Shown here: positions 1 through 11,699 of the stretch, one piece after another
Position numbering within the stretch: position 1 is the first letter of the stretch
Layout of the letters: the number at the start of each line of letters is the position of its first letter
Assembly (NCBI GenBank): GCA_963706745.1
Contig: CAVPMX010000004.1
Span: 35,790-99,789 of the forward strand
DNA from: an uncultured Actinomycetes bacterium
GTDB lineage: Bacteria; Actinomycetota; Acidimicrobiia; IMCC26256; PALSA-610
DNA: 64,000 nucleotides
Reading direction: 5' to 3'
The notes under the pieces: generated by a model
Databases searched by the model: none
Told to the model about the DNA's origin: nothing
Seen by the model: only the letters and a program-made list of their open reading frames with translations
Program-made: the position numbers and the translations under genes

Positions 1-1
1 G

Positions 2-193
2 CTCGCTGTGGCGTCGAAGACGTTCGCCACGCAGACGGCCTTCGACGTCGCGAGCTCGGCGCTCCAGATCTTCGGTGGCAACGGTCTGACGCGTGAGTAC
101 CCGATCGAGAAGATCCTGCGCGACGCGCGCGCCTCGATGATCGAGGACGGCTGCAACGAGGTGCTGAGCATCGTCGCGGCCGACAAGCTGTGA
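2..193 (+). CDS. acyl-CoA dehydrogenase, C-terminal end (5' part lies upstream of the window)
   Basis: The frame is open from base 2 to the stop at 193. The tail ...ALQIFGGNGLTREYPIEKILRDARASMIEDGCNEV is the conserved C-terminal helical region of acyl-CoA dehydrogenases. Confidence 0.8.
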   Translation, partial: LAVASKTFATQTAFDVASSALQIFGGNGLTREYPIEKILRDARASMIEDGCNEVLSIVAADKL

Positions 194-228
194 CATCGGA
201 CCCGGTGGCCCGTCGGTAGAGTGCACGC

Positions 229-1155
229 GTGACCGCGATGGACCTCTCCGCAGACCTGCCCGTCCTCGAAGCGGAGGTGCAGCGGGCCCTCGACACCCTC
301 GACGAGTCGGGCCTCGCCGTGCTTGGTTACGGAGAGATCTCGCTCGTGCTCGGTTGGCCACGCGAGGCCCCGCGATTCGCGTGCAAGCGCCTGCCGATCT
401 TCGACGACAGAGCCTCCCTCGACCGCTACGGCGAGGTGGTGGGGCGCTACGTGGCGGGGCTCCGAGCCGCCGGCGTCAAGGTCGTCGACTCGGAGCTCCA
501 CGACGTGCCGCGGCCCGACGGGCGCATAGCCGCCTACCTCGTGCAGCCGGTGCTCCCGAAGGACCGTCTCGGCCCCGCACAGCTCCGTGCAGCCGACCCG
601 ACAGACGGTCACCCGCTCGTTGCGGCGATCTTCGACCACGTCGTCGCGGTCGCCTCACCGACGCTCGCGCTCGACGAGCAGCTCGCGAACTGGGCGTGGA
701 TCGACGGCGAAGCCGTCCAGATCGACGTGACGACGCCCTTCATGAGAGACGAGAGCGGCGCCGACGAGCTCGACTTCGGCCTCTTCACGTCGGCGCTGCC
801 GTGGCTGATGCGCTGGCCCGTGAAGCGCTTCGTGGTGCGGGATGCCGTCAGCGTCTTCCACGAGGCGCGCTCGGCGTTTGTCGACTTCCTGGGCAACCTG
901 AACAAGGAGGGCCTCTCGGCCTGGCTGCCGTACGCGATCGAGGAGGCGAACAAGCGCGTCGAACCGGCGATCACGCGCAAGGAGGTCGACAAGACGTATG
1001 CGTCCGATGCGCGTCTGTGGGCGACGATGGTCCGCCTCCGCAAGGCCGACCGCGTCTGGCAGCGCACGGTCCGCCGTCGCCAGTACCCGTTCCTCCTGCC
1101 GCCCAAGATCAACCGCCACAGTACACGTGCCGATCTCGTAGAGCTGTGCCATTGA
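229..1155 (+). CDS. hypothetical protein; native 3' end probably replaced by the adjacent IS remnant
   Basis: 308-aa ORF with protein-like composition (GYGEISLVLGWPREAPRFACKRLPIFDD...). I do not recognise the family. The last codons run into sequence that is antisense to a transposase tail. Confidence 0.55.
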   Translation: MTAMDLSADLPVLEAEVQRALDTLDESGLAVLGYGEISLVLGWPREAPRFACKRLPIFDDRASLDRYGEVVGRYVAGLRAAGVKVVDSELHDVPRPDGRIAAYLVQPVLPKDRLGPAQLRAADPTDGHPLVAAIFDHVVAVASPTLALDEQLANWAWIDGEAVQIDVTTPFMRDESGADELDFGLFTSALPWLMRWPVKRFVVRDAVSVFHEARSAFVDFLGNLNKEGLSAWLPYAIEEANKRVEPAITRKEVDKTYASDARLWATMVRLRKADRVWQRTVRRRQYPFLLPPKINRHSTRADLVELCH

Positions 1156-2100
1156 GCCTTCGGAGAGGTAGCGGCGGTCGGTGACTTGCCACTCGTCGTG
1201 AACCTCGAGCAGGACCGAGCCGGCGAAGCGCAGCACCCCGGCTTCGTTGGGGAAGATGCCCACGACATTGGTGCGGCGCTTGATCTCCTGTGACGCGCTC
1301 GAGCGGGTTCGTCGACCAGATCTTGCGCCAGTGGGCTTGGGGGAACGAGGCGAATGCGCTGACGTCGGTGGCCGCGTCGCGCAGCATGGCCTCGACGGCG
1401 GGAACTGACGGCCGAGCTTCTCGGCGATCGAGTCGAGCTGCTCGGCGACTGCTATGGCGTCGGGCTGGGCGAAGATCGTGCGGATCGCAGCCGCGACCAT
1501 TTCGGTCGACCCCTTGGGCACTTTGGCCAGGACGTTGCGCAGGAAGTGCACCCGGCAGCGTTGCCAGGAAGCACCGAGCATGACCTTCTCGATCGATTGG
1601 CGCAGCCCCTCGTGGGCGTCGGAGATGACGAGGCGCACCCCGGCGAGACCGCGAGCGCGCAACGACCGCAAGAAGCCCGTCCAGAACGCCTTGTCTTCGC
1701 TGTCGCCGACAGCGAGACCGAGAACCTCACGGTTGCCGTCCGCGGCGACGCCAGTTGCCACGACGATCGCTTTGGATACGACCCGAGCGCCTTCGTGGGC
1801 CTTGACGTAGGTGGCATCGAGGAACACATAGGGGAACTCGATGTGATCGAGACGCCGCTCCCGAAACTCGTTGACCGCACCGTCGAGCTCAGCGCAGATC
1901 CGCGACACCTGACTCTTGGAGACACCGGCGTCGATCCCCAGGGCGGCGACGAGGTCGTCGACCTTGCGGGTGCTGACCCCGTGCACGAACGCCTCCATGA
2001 TCACCGCCACACGCCGATGATGCGGCGGCGCGGCTCGAGCAGGCTCGGATAGAAGCTGCCTCCGCAGCTCGGGATGCGGGCTAGGCGAAGGCCGGGACCC
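1130..2100 (-). pseudogene. IS256-family (Mutator-type) transposase remnant, N-terminally truncated, at least three frame breaks
   Basis: Conserved pieces lie in different frames. They are GSFYPSLLEPRRRI (~2010-2060); VIMEAFVHGVSTRKVDDLV...DATYVKAHEG...WQRCRVHFLRNVLAKVPK (frame of ORF 655..2418); AMLRDAATDVSAFASFPQAHWRKIWSTNPLERV (ORF 1109..1387); and EIKRRTNVVGIFPNEAGVLRFAGSVLLEVHDEWQVTDRRYLSE back in the first frame. The first ~100 aa and the terminal inverted repeats were not found. Confidence 0.85.
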
Positions 2101-2104
2101 CTTC

Positions 2105-3355
2105 TCAGGCGCAGCAGTGCTTGTACTTGCGGCCGCTGCCGCAGGGGCAGGGATCGTTCCGCCCTGCGCGACGGAAGCGGGCCGCCTCCTCCTCGGCGAT
2201 CTCGACCATGATCGTCGCGGCCGGGACGCCGCGGCGGTAGTGGTCGGCGAGGCGGCGCATGAACGGGTCGACGTGGCGGAAGAAGTGCGCGTACCCGGCG
2301 CAGAGGACGTTGAGGCCCTCCTCTCCGTCGGGGGTGACGGCGAAGCGGTCCTTCGGGCAGCCTCCGTTGCACGCGAAGCGCACGTCGCACTCGAGGCAGA
2401 ACCGGGGGAGCGCGTCACGCTTGTCGAGACCGAACTCGACCTGTAGGGGTAGGTCGGCCAGGTCGCGCAGGGGAGTCTCGGTGATGTTGCCCAGCAGGTG
2501 CTCGGGGTCCACGTAGTGGTCGCACGAGTAGAGGTCGCCGTTGTGCTCCATCGCCAGGCCGGCGCCGCAGGTCTGCGCGTGGACGCAGAGCGTCGCGGGC
2601 TGCCCTAGCCACATGCGGACGCACTCCTCGAAGTGCTGCACGAAGATGCGGCCGACGTCGTTGCGGATCCACTCGTCGAAGATCGCCACGAGGAACTCCC
2701 CCCATGCGGCGTCGCCGACGCTTCGATCCGATAGGCCGTGCTCGCCCTCCCGCTCCACTATGGGGATGAGCTGCAGCCAGTCGACGCCCTCGTCGCGGAA
2801 GAACCGATACACCTCCAATGGGTGCTCTGCGTTCAGCGAGTTGACGACACACAGCACGTTGTGATCGACCCCGTGCTCGCGCAGTGTGCGCAGCCCGGCC
2901 ATGACCCGCTGGTGAGTAGGTCCGCCACCGCGGTCGACGCGGAAGCGATCGTGGATCCATGCGGGGCCGTCGATGCTGATCCCAACGAGGAACTGCTGCT
3001 CGGAGAGGAACGCCCCCCATTCGTCGTCGAGAAGGGTGCCGTTCGTCTGCAACGCGTTGGTGCACCTCCAGCCTTCGGGGAGGTGCTTCTGTTGGAGCTC
3101 GACCGCCCTGCGGAAGAAGTCGAGGCCCATCATCGTGGGCTCGCCCCCCTGCCAGGTGAACTGCACTTCGGGGCCGGGCTGCGCGGCGATGTGCTGGCGG
3201 ACGTAGGAGTCGAGGACCTCGTCGGTCATGCGGAAGTGCTCGCCGCCGGGGTAGAGGTCCTTCTTCGCGAGGTAGAAGCAGTACTGGCAGTCGAGGTTGC
3301 AGAGCGGGCCGATCGGCTTGGTGACGACCTGGATAGGGTGCTTCGGCGGGCTCAT
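2105..3355 (-). CDS. radical SAM/SPASM maturase (anaerobic sulfatase-maturating enzyme family) with C-terminal SEC-C motif
   Basis: CNLDCQYCFY radical-SAM motif near the N-terminus, Cys-rich SPASM region (CLECDVRFACNGGCPKDR), and C-terminal CPCGSGRKYKHCC. The start is placed at ATG 3355 (MSPPKHPIQVV); the 39 upstream codons of the track ORF look non-coding. Confidence 0.85.
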   Translation of the reverse strand: MSPPKHPIQVVTKPIGPLCNLDCQYCFYLAKKDLYPGGEHFRMTDEVLDSYVRQHIAAQPGPEVQFTWQGGEPTMMGLDFFRRAVELQQKHLPEGWRCTNALQTNGTLLDDEWGAFLSEQQFLVGISIDGPAWIHDRFRVDRGGGPTHQRVMAGLRTLREHGVDHNVLCVVNSLNAEHPLEVYRFFRDEGVDWLQLIPIVEREGEHGLSDRSVGDAAWGEFLVAIFDEWIRNDVGRIFVQHFEECVRMWLGQPATLCVHAQTCGAGLAMEHNGDLYSCDHYVDPEHLLGNITETPLRDLADLPLQVEFGLDKRDALPRFCLECDVRFACNGGCPKDRFAVTPDGEEGLNVLCAGYAHFFRHVDPFMRRLADHYRRGVPAATIMVEIAEEEAARFRRAGRNDPCPCGSGRKYKHCCA

Positions 3356-3487
3356 GGCTCCCTCGGTGGGGCGGGGGCACACAGTCTCGCGTGGGACGTG
3401 TTGATCGGGGAGACTGTTGGCCGACGCCACGGCGGCTCGAGCAGATCGGGAGCAGCGGTGTGGTGAAGGCAACCTGAGGAAGGCAAC

Positions 3488-4261
3488 GTGAAGAAGAAGG
3501 TCTACGAGCAGGAGCTTGCCAGGCTGCAGGTCGAGCTCACGAAGATGCTCCGCTGGGTGCGGTCGGAGGGCGAGCGGGTCGTCGTCATCTTCGAGGGGCG
3601 TGACGCCGCCGGCAAGGGAGGCACCATCAAGCGGATGAGCGAGCGCCTCAACCCGCGCTCCTGCAGGATCGTCGCCCTACCGGCACCGACGGAGCGCGAG
3701 CGGACCCAGTGGTACTTCCAGAGGTACGTGGCTCATCTCCCGGCCGCAGGGGAGATGGTCCTCTTCGACCGCTCCTGGTACAACCGGGCTGGGGTCGAGT
3801 ACGTGATGGGCTTCTGCACGCACGACGAGTACCTCGAGTTCCTTCGCTCCTGCCCCGAGTTCGAGCGGATGATCGTCCGCTCCGGCATCCGGCTCGTCAA
3901 GTACTGGTTCTCGGTCAGCGAGGAGGAACAGGAGCGCCGTTTCCACCGCCGCTTGAACGACCCGACGAAGAGGTGGAAGCTCTCGCCGATCGATCTCGAG
4001 TCGCGGATGCGCTGGGTCGAGTACTCCGAGGCTAAGGACATGATGTTCGCCCATGCCGATGTCGAGGAGGCGCCGTGGTACGTCGTCGAGTCCGACGACA
4101 AGCGCGCAGCGCGACTCAACTGCATCACGCACCTGCTCGACCTGATCCCCTACAGGGAGGTCGGTGTGCCCGAGATCGAGCTGCTGCCACGCCCCGCCGG
4201 CAAGGACTACGTGCGTCCTCCGCGTGAGGATCAGAGGTACGTCCCCGAGGTGTTCGAGTAG
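3488..4261 (+). CDS. ppk2: polyphosphate kinase 2
   Basis: VVVIFEGRDAAGKGGTIKRMSERLNPR...WYFQRYVAHLPAAGEMVLFDRSWYNRAGVE is typical PPK2. GTG start. Confidence 0.9.
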   Translation: MKKKVYEQELARLQVELTKMLRWVRSEGERVVVIFEGRDAAGKGGTIKRMSERLNPRSCRIVALPAPTERERTQWYFQRYVAHLPAAGEMVLFDRSWYNRAGVEYVMGFCTHDEYLEFLRSCPEFERMIVRSGIRLVKYWFSVSEEEQERRFHRRLNDPTKRWKLSPIDLESRMRWVEYSEAKDMMFAHADVEEAPWYVVESDDKRAARLNCITHLLDLIPYREVGVPEIELLPRPAGKDYVRPPREDQRYVPEVFE

Positions 4262-4289
4262 TCATCCAGCGGCACATCTACCGATCGGG

Positions 4290-5423
4290 CTACTCGCCCA
4301 TGATCTCGGTGACGTGCTCGGCGGCGTCGATGTACTCGTCGATCATGTCGAGGACCACCTGGCGGGCCGGCTTGACCCTGTCCATGGTGCCCACGACCTG
4401 GCCGACGAAGTAGTTGACGAGCTTCTCTGCGCCCGACCCCTCCTGGAAGGCCGCCCGCTGGACCCGCAGCAGCGCCTCGCCGACCAGTGCGGTCTGGAGC
4501 GGCATCATGAGAGGCTCGGGGGTGTCTTCGCGCGCCCACTCCTCGGTCCACGCGCTCTTGAGCATGCGCGCCGGCTTGCCGGTGATGGAGCGGCTCCTGA
4601 TGGTGTCGGACGAACCGGCGGCCAGGTACTTCTGCTTCACGACCGGGTGCGTCTCCGCCTCCTCGGTGGTGAGCCAGACCGACCCCGTCCACACGCCTTC
4701 GGCTCCGAGGGCGATCGCTGCCGCCATCTGACGGCCGCGCCCGATGCCGCCGGCGGCGAGGACTGGAGTCGGGGCGACGGCGTCGACCACCTCGGGAACT
4801 AGGACCATCGTTGCGATCTCACCGGTGTGCCCGCCGGCCTCGGTTCCCTGGGCGATGATCAGGTCGACGCCCGCGGCGACGTGGCGCACGGCGTGCGCCT
4901 TCGTGCCGGCCAGAGCGGCGACGCGAACGCCCTGGCTGTGAGCCCGCTCGACGAGGTCCGGAGGAGGAGCGCCGAGCGCGCTGACGATCAGCTTGATGTC
5001 GTGCGCGAACGCGACGTCGATCAGGGGGGCGAAGCCTGCCGGCGAGACGTTGAGGCCGCGGGGCATCCCGCCCATCATCTCCATGTCGTCGGTCATCTCG
5101 GGTACGCCGTACCGCTCCAGGATGTCGCCGACGAACTCCTGGTGCTCAGGCGGCAGGAGAGAGGCGATCTGCTCCCCGCTGAACCCGCCCTCGTCGGCCC
5201 CGGCGAACTTGCTCGGGATGAGGAGGTCGACCCCGTAGGGCTTCCCTGCGACCTGCTCCTCGATCCAGGCCAGGTCGATCTCGAGCTGCTCCGGCGTGTG
5301 ACCCACCGCGCCGAGGACACCGAATCCGCCGGCCTTCGTGACCTCGGCGACGACGTCGCGACAGTGGCTGAAGGCGAAGACCGGGAACTCGATCTCGAGC
5401 ATCTCACAGACGCGTGTGCGCAT
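4290..5423 (-). CDS. nitronate monooxygenase family FMN oxidoreductase
   Basis: LEIEFPVFAFSH...GFGVLGA and IAQGTEAGGHTGEIATMVLVPEV are NMO/2-nitropropane dioxygenase-like motifs. Confidence 0.8.
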   Translation of the reverse strand: MRTRVCEMLEIEFPVFAFSHCRDVVAEVTKAGGFGVLGAVGHTPEQLEIDLAWIEEQVAGKPYGVDLLIPSKFAGADEGGFSGEQIASLLPPEHQEFVGDILERYGVPEMTDDMEMMGGMPRGLNVSPAGFAPLIDVAFAHDIKLIVSALGAPPPDLVERAHSQGVRVAALAGTKAHAVRHVAAGVDLIIAQGTEAGGHTGEIATMVLVPEVVDAVAPTPVLAAGGIGRGRQMAAAIALGAEGVWTGSVWLTTEEAETHPVVKQKYLAAGSSDTIRSRSITGKPARMLKSAWTEEWAREDTPEPLMMPLQTALVGEALLRVQRAAFQEGSGAEKLVNYFVGQVVGTMDRVKPARQVVLDMIDEYIDAAEHVTEIMGE

Positions 5424-5585
5424 CGGCTCTCCAGTTGGTCAGGGGCGACGACGCTCGGCGCTCCGCCGCACCACTTGCGTGCGACGGGCATCCTTCCATA
5501 CCCTCGCAAAACCGGGCCAAACGACGCGGCACGCCGCCGCTCCGGTACCGCCGCTCGGATCCGGGCCGGCGACGATTGGAGCACG

Positions 5586-6344
5586 ATGACGGCACCGACC
5601 GACTCCAGGCTCGCTGCAGCCGCTGCGCTGCGGGATCTCGCGAACGTCTTCTGCGGTCACGACGCCGGCGACGAGGTCCTCGATCGCGTCGCTGCGCAGG
5701 CGACTGCGCTCGCCGACGAGATCCGCAGCACTGCGCGCTGGGATCGCCGCGCGATGCTGGCGACGGGGCTCGCCGCGACTGGCGAGGTGAACGACCGCCG
5801 TGAGCTGGCGTTCTCCCACCGGGCGGTGGCCGGGCCCGCGAACCCCACGGCCCTGCCGTTCGACCTCCGTCGTGACGGCGACGCGGTCGAGGCGACGGTC
5901 GTGCTCGGGCCGGCGCACGAGGGGGCCCCGGGGCGCGCACACGGTGGAGTCACTGCGGCGATCTTCGACGACCTCACGGGCGTCGTACCCGTGATGCTCG
6001 GATCGATGTCGGTGACGGGGAGACTGACCATCCACTACCGGGCGCCGGTGCCGGTGGAGACTCCGGTCGAGTTCCGCGCCTGGCTGCACGGCCGCGACGG
6101 CCGCAAGGTGGAGGTTCACGCCGACGTGCGCCACGGCGACGCCGTGCTCGCGACGGCGGAGGCGCTCTTCGTGACCATCGACTTCTCCCGGATCGACACC
6201 GATCTGGGCGCGGGGCCGACGACACCGGATCGAAGGAGTAGGGCATGCGCCACGACGTCTCGTTCACCAGCAAGGGAGTCACGTGTCGCGGGTGGATCTA
6301 CGAGCCGCCCGGCCTCGACGACCGCGACGCCGCGCCGGCGATAG
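5586..6344 (+). CDS. PaaI-family hotdog thioesterase; 3' end uncertain
   Basis: The ATG at 5586 is in frame with track ORF 4827..6344 (the upstream part is antisense to the NMO gene). The hotdog core is GPAHEGAPGRAHGGVTAAIFDDLTG...GRLTIHYRAPVP. The annotated tail overlaps the next gene by 100 nt. A one-base change in the GGGG run near 6205 would instead end it at TAG 6239-6241. Confidence 0.7.
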   Translation: MTAPTDSRLAAAAALRDLANVFCGHDAGDEVLDRVAAQATALADEIRSTARWDRRAMLATGLAATGEVNDRRELAFSHRAVAGPANPTALPFDLRRDGDAVEATVVLGPAHEGAPGRAHGGVTAAIFDDLTGVVPVMLGSMSVTGRLTIHYRAPVPVETPVEFRAWLHGRDGRKVEVHADVRHGDAVLATAEALFVTIDFSRIDTDLGAGPTTPDRRSRACATTSRSPARESRVAGGSTSRPASTTATPRRR

Positions 6345-7150
6345 TCATGGCCCACGGCTTCTCCGGTGTGAAGGAGCTCGACCTGCCCCGCTTCGCGGAG
6401 GCGTTCGCTGCGGCCGGCTTCGTGACGCTCGTCTTCGACTACCGGTACCTGGGCGAGAGCGACGGCGAGCCCCGCGCGCAGGTGCTCTTTCGCGAGCAGC
6501 AGGAGGACTACCGCAACGCGATCACCTGGCTCTCGCAGCAGCCGACGGTCGATGCCGAGCGGATCGGGGTGTGGGGGACGTCGTACAGCGGCGGGCACGT
6601 CCTCTATCTCGCTGCTTTCGACCGGCGGATCAGGGCAGCAGTGGCGCAGGTGCCGGCGATCGGGACGTGGCGGTCGATCGTCGCCCAGCACGGTGTCGAG
6701 GCGATGCGGATGATGCTCTCGCTCACGACGGCCGACCGCGAGGCGCGCTACCCCGGCGAGGAGCCGCACTACATGCCGGTGGTCGCGCCCGAAGGCCAAC
6801 CCGCGGTCCTCGGCACACCCGACGCCTACGAGTGGTTCGTCTCCGGCGCCACGCAGCTCGCTCCGACCTGGCGGAACGAGGTGACGATCGAGTCGGTGGA
6901 GCAGCTCGTGGAGTACGACCCGGCTGCGGCGATCGAGCTGATCGCGCCGACCCCCCTGCTACTCGTCGCTGCAGAGCACGACGCGTTGATACCGATTGCG
7001 TCTGTGCGCGACGCGTTCGAGCGTGCCGGTGAACCGAAGGCGCTGAAGGTCGTTCCCTGCGGCCACTTCGACGTCTACCACGACGAACCGTTCCACTCCG
7101 ACGTCCTCGCCACCGAGCTCGAGTGGTTCCGGACGCACCTCATGGCCTGA
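6245..7150 (+). CDS. alpha/beta hydrolase
   Basis: GAAGGAG lies upstream of ATG 6245. VMAHGFSGVKE...GVWGTSYSGGHV (nucleophile elbow GxSxG) ...PCGHFDVY. Confidence 0.8.
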   Translation: MRHDVSFTSKGVTCRGWIYEPPGLDDRDAAPAIVMAHGFSGVKELDLPRFAEAFAAAGFVTLVFDYRYLGESDGEPRAQVLFREQQEDYRNAITWLSQQPTVDAERIGVWGTSYSGGHVLYLAAFDRRIRAAVAQVPAIGTWRSIVAQHGVEAMRMMLSLTTADREARYPGEEPHYMPVVAPEGQPAVLGTPDAYEWFVSGATQLAPTWRNEVTIESVEQLVEYDPAAAIELIAPTPLLLVAAEHDALIPIASVRDAFERAGEPKALKVVPCGHFDVYHDEPFHSDVLATELEWFRTHLMA

Positions 7151-7151
7151 G

Positions 7152-8000
7152 TCAGTCTGCCAGGTGGGCGCGCAAGAAGTCGGCGGCGCGCTCGGTGTTC
7201 TCCTGCAGGAAGAAGTGGCCACCATCGATCTCGACGTACGGGGCGTCGGCGCGTAGCGCCTGGAACCGGAAGAGGTCGCCGTCGAGGTCGGTCGTCGTGC
7301 CGGCTGCGACCACGGCCCGGCCCGACAGCGCCGGGAGGTGATCCCAGGCGTCCGGCGCGCCCGCTGGTCCCGCGGAGAACTCGAAGATCGTCGCCTCGTG
7401 CTCCGGCTCGCAGGCGAGCCTGACCGTTCCGTCGTCCTGCTCGACGGTGCCCCAGCGCACGTAGGCCTCCAGAGCCTCGGGCGCCATCGCCGCGAGGGGC
7501 ATGCGGCGCGCGTAGGCGGCGACGATCGAGTCTCGGTCTCTGAACACAGCGCGCCGCTTGCGGGCGTTGGCCGCGAGGGGACTCCGCTGCCGATCGATGT
7601 CGCGCGGGAACGCGATGGCCTCGCAGAGAAGCACGTGCCGCAGCATCCCCGGGCGCACTCGGTCGACGAGAACGGTAATCCCGCCGCCGAGCGACTGGCC
7701 GCAGGCGACCGCCTCGGTGACCCCGAGTGCGTCGAGCACCACGGCGACGTCGGCAGCGAGCTCGGCGTACGCGAAGCCCTCGCTCGTGGCCGGAGCGTCA
7801 GAGCCTCCGTGGCCGCGCAGGTCCACTGCTATCGGTCGGAAGCGATCACGCACCGCGAGTGCGAGCGGCTCGAAGACCCCGGCGCCGAAGCCGTTGGGGT
7901 GGAGGAGCAGCAGGGGCTCACCGGTGCCGCCCCAGTCGAGGGCGCGTATCCGCAGCCCGTCGCGCTCGACGTAGACGATCTGCGGTGCGTCGTCGGTCAC
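7152..8000 (-). CDS. alpha/beta hydrolase
   Basis: LLLLHPNGFGAGVFEPLA...DLRGHGGSD...CGQSLGGG (GxSxG). GTG start at 8000 (VTDDAPQIVYVE) overlaps the stop of the upstream thioesterase gene by 4 nt. Confidence 0.75.
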   Translation of the reverse strand: MTDDAPQIVYVERDGLRIRALDWGGTGEPLLLLHPNGFGAGVFEPLALAVRDRFRPIAVDLRGHGGSDAPATSEGFAYAELAADVAVVLDALGVTEAVACGQSLGGGITVLVDRVRPGMLRHVLLCEAIAFPRDIDRQRSPLAANARKRRAVFRDRDSIVAAYARRMPLAAMAPEALEAYVRWGTVEQDDGTVRLACEPEHEATIFEFSAGPAGAPDAWDHLPALSGRAVVAAGTTTDLDGDLFRFQALRADAPYVEIDGGHFFLQENTERAADFLRAHLAD

Positions 8001-8449
8001 GCCTCCGCCCTGGGAGCCTTGATGAGGACGGTTCCCTGAGCGAGGGCCACGGTGCGGGCCTCGTTGGCCACCTCGATCCGAACCACTGCGGTGCTCCGCG
8101 TCATCGAGACGATCTCGGCGTCGGCGACGAGCGCTCCGGTGGTGACCGGGGCCAGGTAGTTGAGCTTGAACTCGGTGGTCGCGGCCCATGCCCCCGGCTC
8201 GATGACCGGGTAGAGCACCGAACCGAGCACGTGGTCGACGAGCGCGGCGATGACCCCACCGTGGAGGTTGCCGAACGGCGTGTGCAGCGCCTCGGTGACC
8301 TCGATCTCGGCGCGCAACCGCCCGGCGGAGACCTCGGTGATCCGCAGCCCGAGGAAGGCCGGCAGCCCGGTCAGGCGGTCGTTCATGGAGGAGATGCCGG
8401 CCGCCACGCGCTCGTCGAACCGCTCGAACTCCGGGGCCGGGACTCCCAT
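7997..8449 (-). CDS. PaaI/hotdog-fold thioesterase
   Basis: ATG at 8449 (MGVPAPEFERF...). The core is HTPFGNLHGGVIAALVDHVLGSV...EFKLNYLAPV. The 5' extension of track ORF 7997..8605 overlaps the riboswitch region and is rejected. Confidence 0.8.
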   Translation of the reverse strand: MGVPAPEFERFDERVAAGISSMNDRLTGLPAFLGLRITEVSAGRLRAEIEVTEALHTPFGNLHGGVIAALVDHVLGSVLYPVIEPGAWAATTEFKLNYLAPVTTGALVADAEIVSMTRSTAVVRIEVANEARTVALAQGTVLIKAPRAEA

Positions 8450-8549
8450 GCGCGCACCTCGCTCTCCGGGGACGCCGGGCAGGCTACCGGCAGCCGCCCC
8501 TGCCCCCCGGCTCGTCGGTGGCGCGCTAGGGTCGGAGTGACAAGCCGTC

Positions 8550-8770
8550 GACCCCCGACGGGAGAGCTCCGGACCGGGCGACCGGCCCGGGCGCCGAAGG
8601 AGCAACCCTCCCGGGAAACTCTCAGGCGAAGGGACCGCCGGGGCGAGGCACCTCTGGAGAGCAGGCCCGCCGCGCGGGCCTCACCGACGGGGAAAGCCGA
8701 CCGGGCGACGGGCCGGCGAATCTCTCAGGTCCCGCGACAGAGCCGGGAGGTCCACCACAGAGGTGGCACC
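8550..8770 (+). promoter_or_regulatory. tandem glycine riboswitch (two aptamers) in the gcvP leader
   Basis: Aptamer 1: GGGAGAG...GCGCCGAAGGAGCAA...CTCTCAGGCGAAGGGACC. Aptamer 2: CTCTGGAGAG...CTCACCGACGGGGAAAG...ATCTCTCAGGTCCCGCGACAGAG. A CCACC-ACAGA-GGTGG hairpin follows just before ATG 8801. Boundaries are approximate. Confidence 0.8.
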
Positions 8771-8800
8771 CGACCTGCGCGAGGCGACTAGGGGTTCGAC

Positions 8801-11689
<2,889 letters not shown>

Positions 11690-11699
11690 GATGGCCGGG

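Noticed and set aside
1109-2418. Programmed ribosomal frameshifting in the IS256 transposase
   Set aside because: There are at least three breaks in different directions, plus N-terminal truncation and missing ends. IS256-family transposases are normally single ORFs. Decay or sequence error is the simpler explanation.
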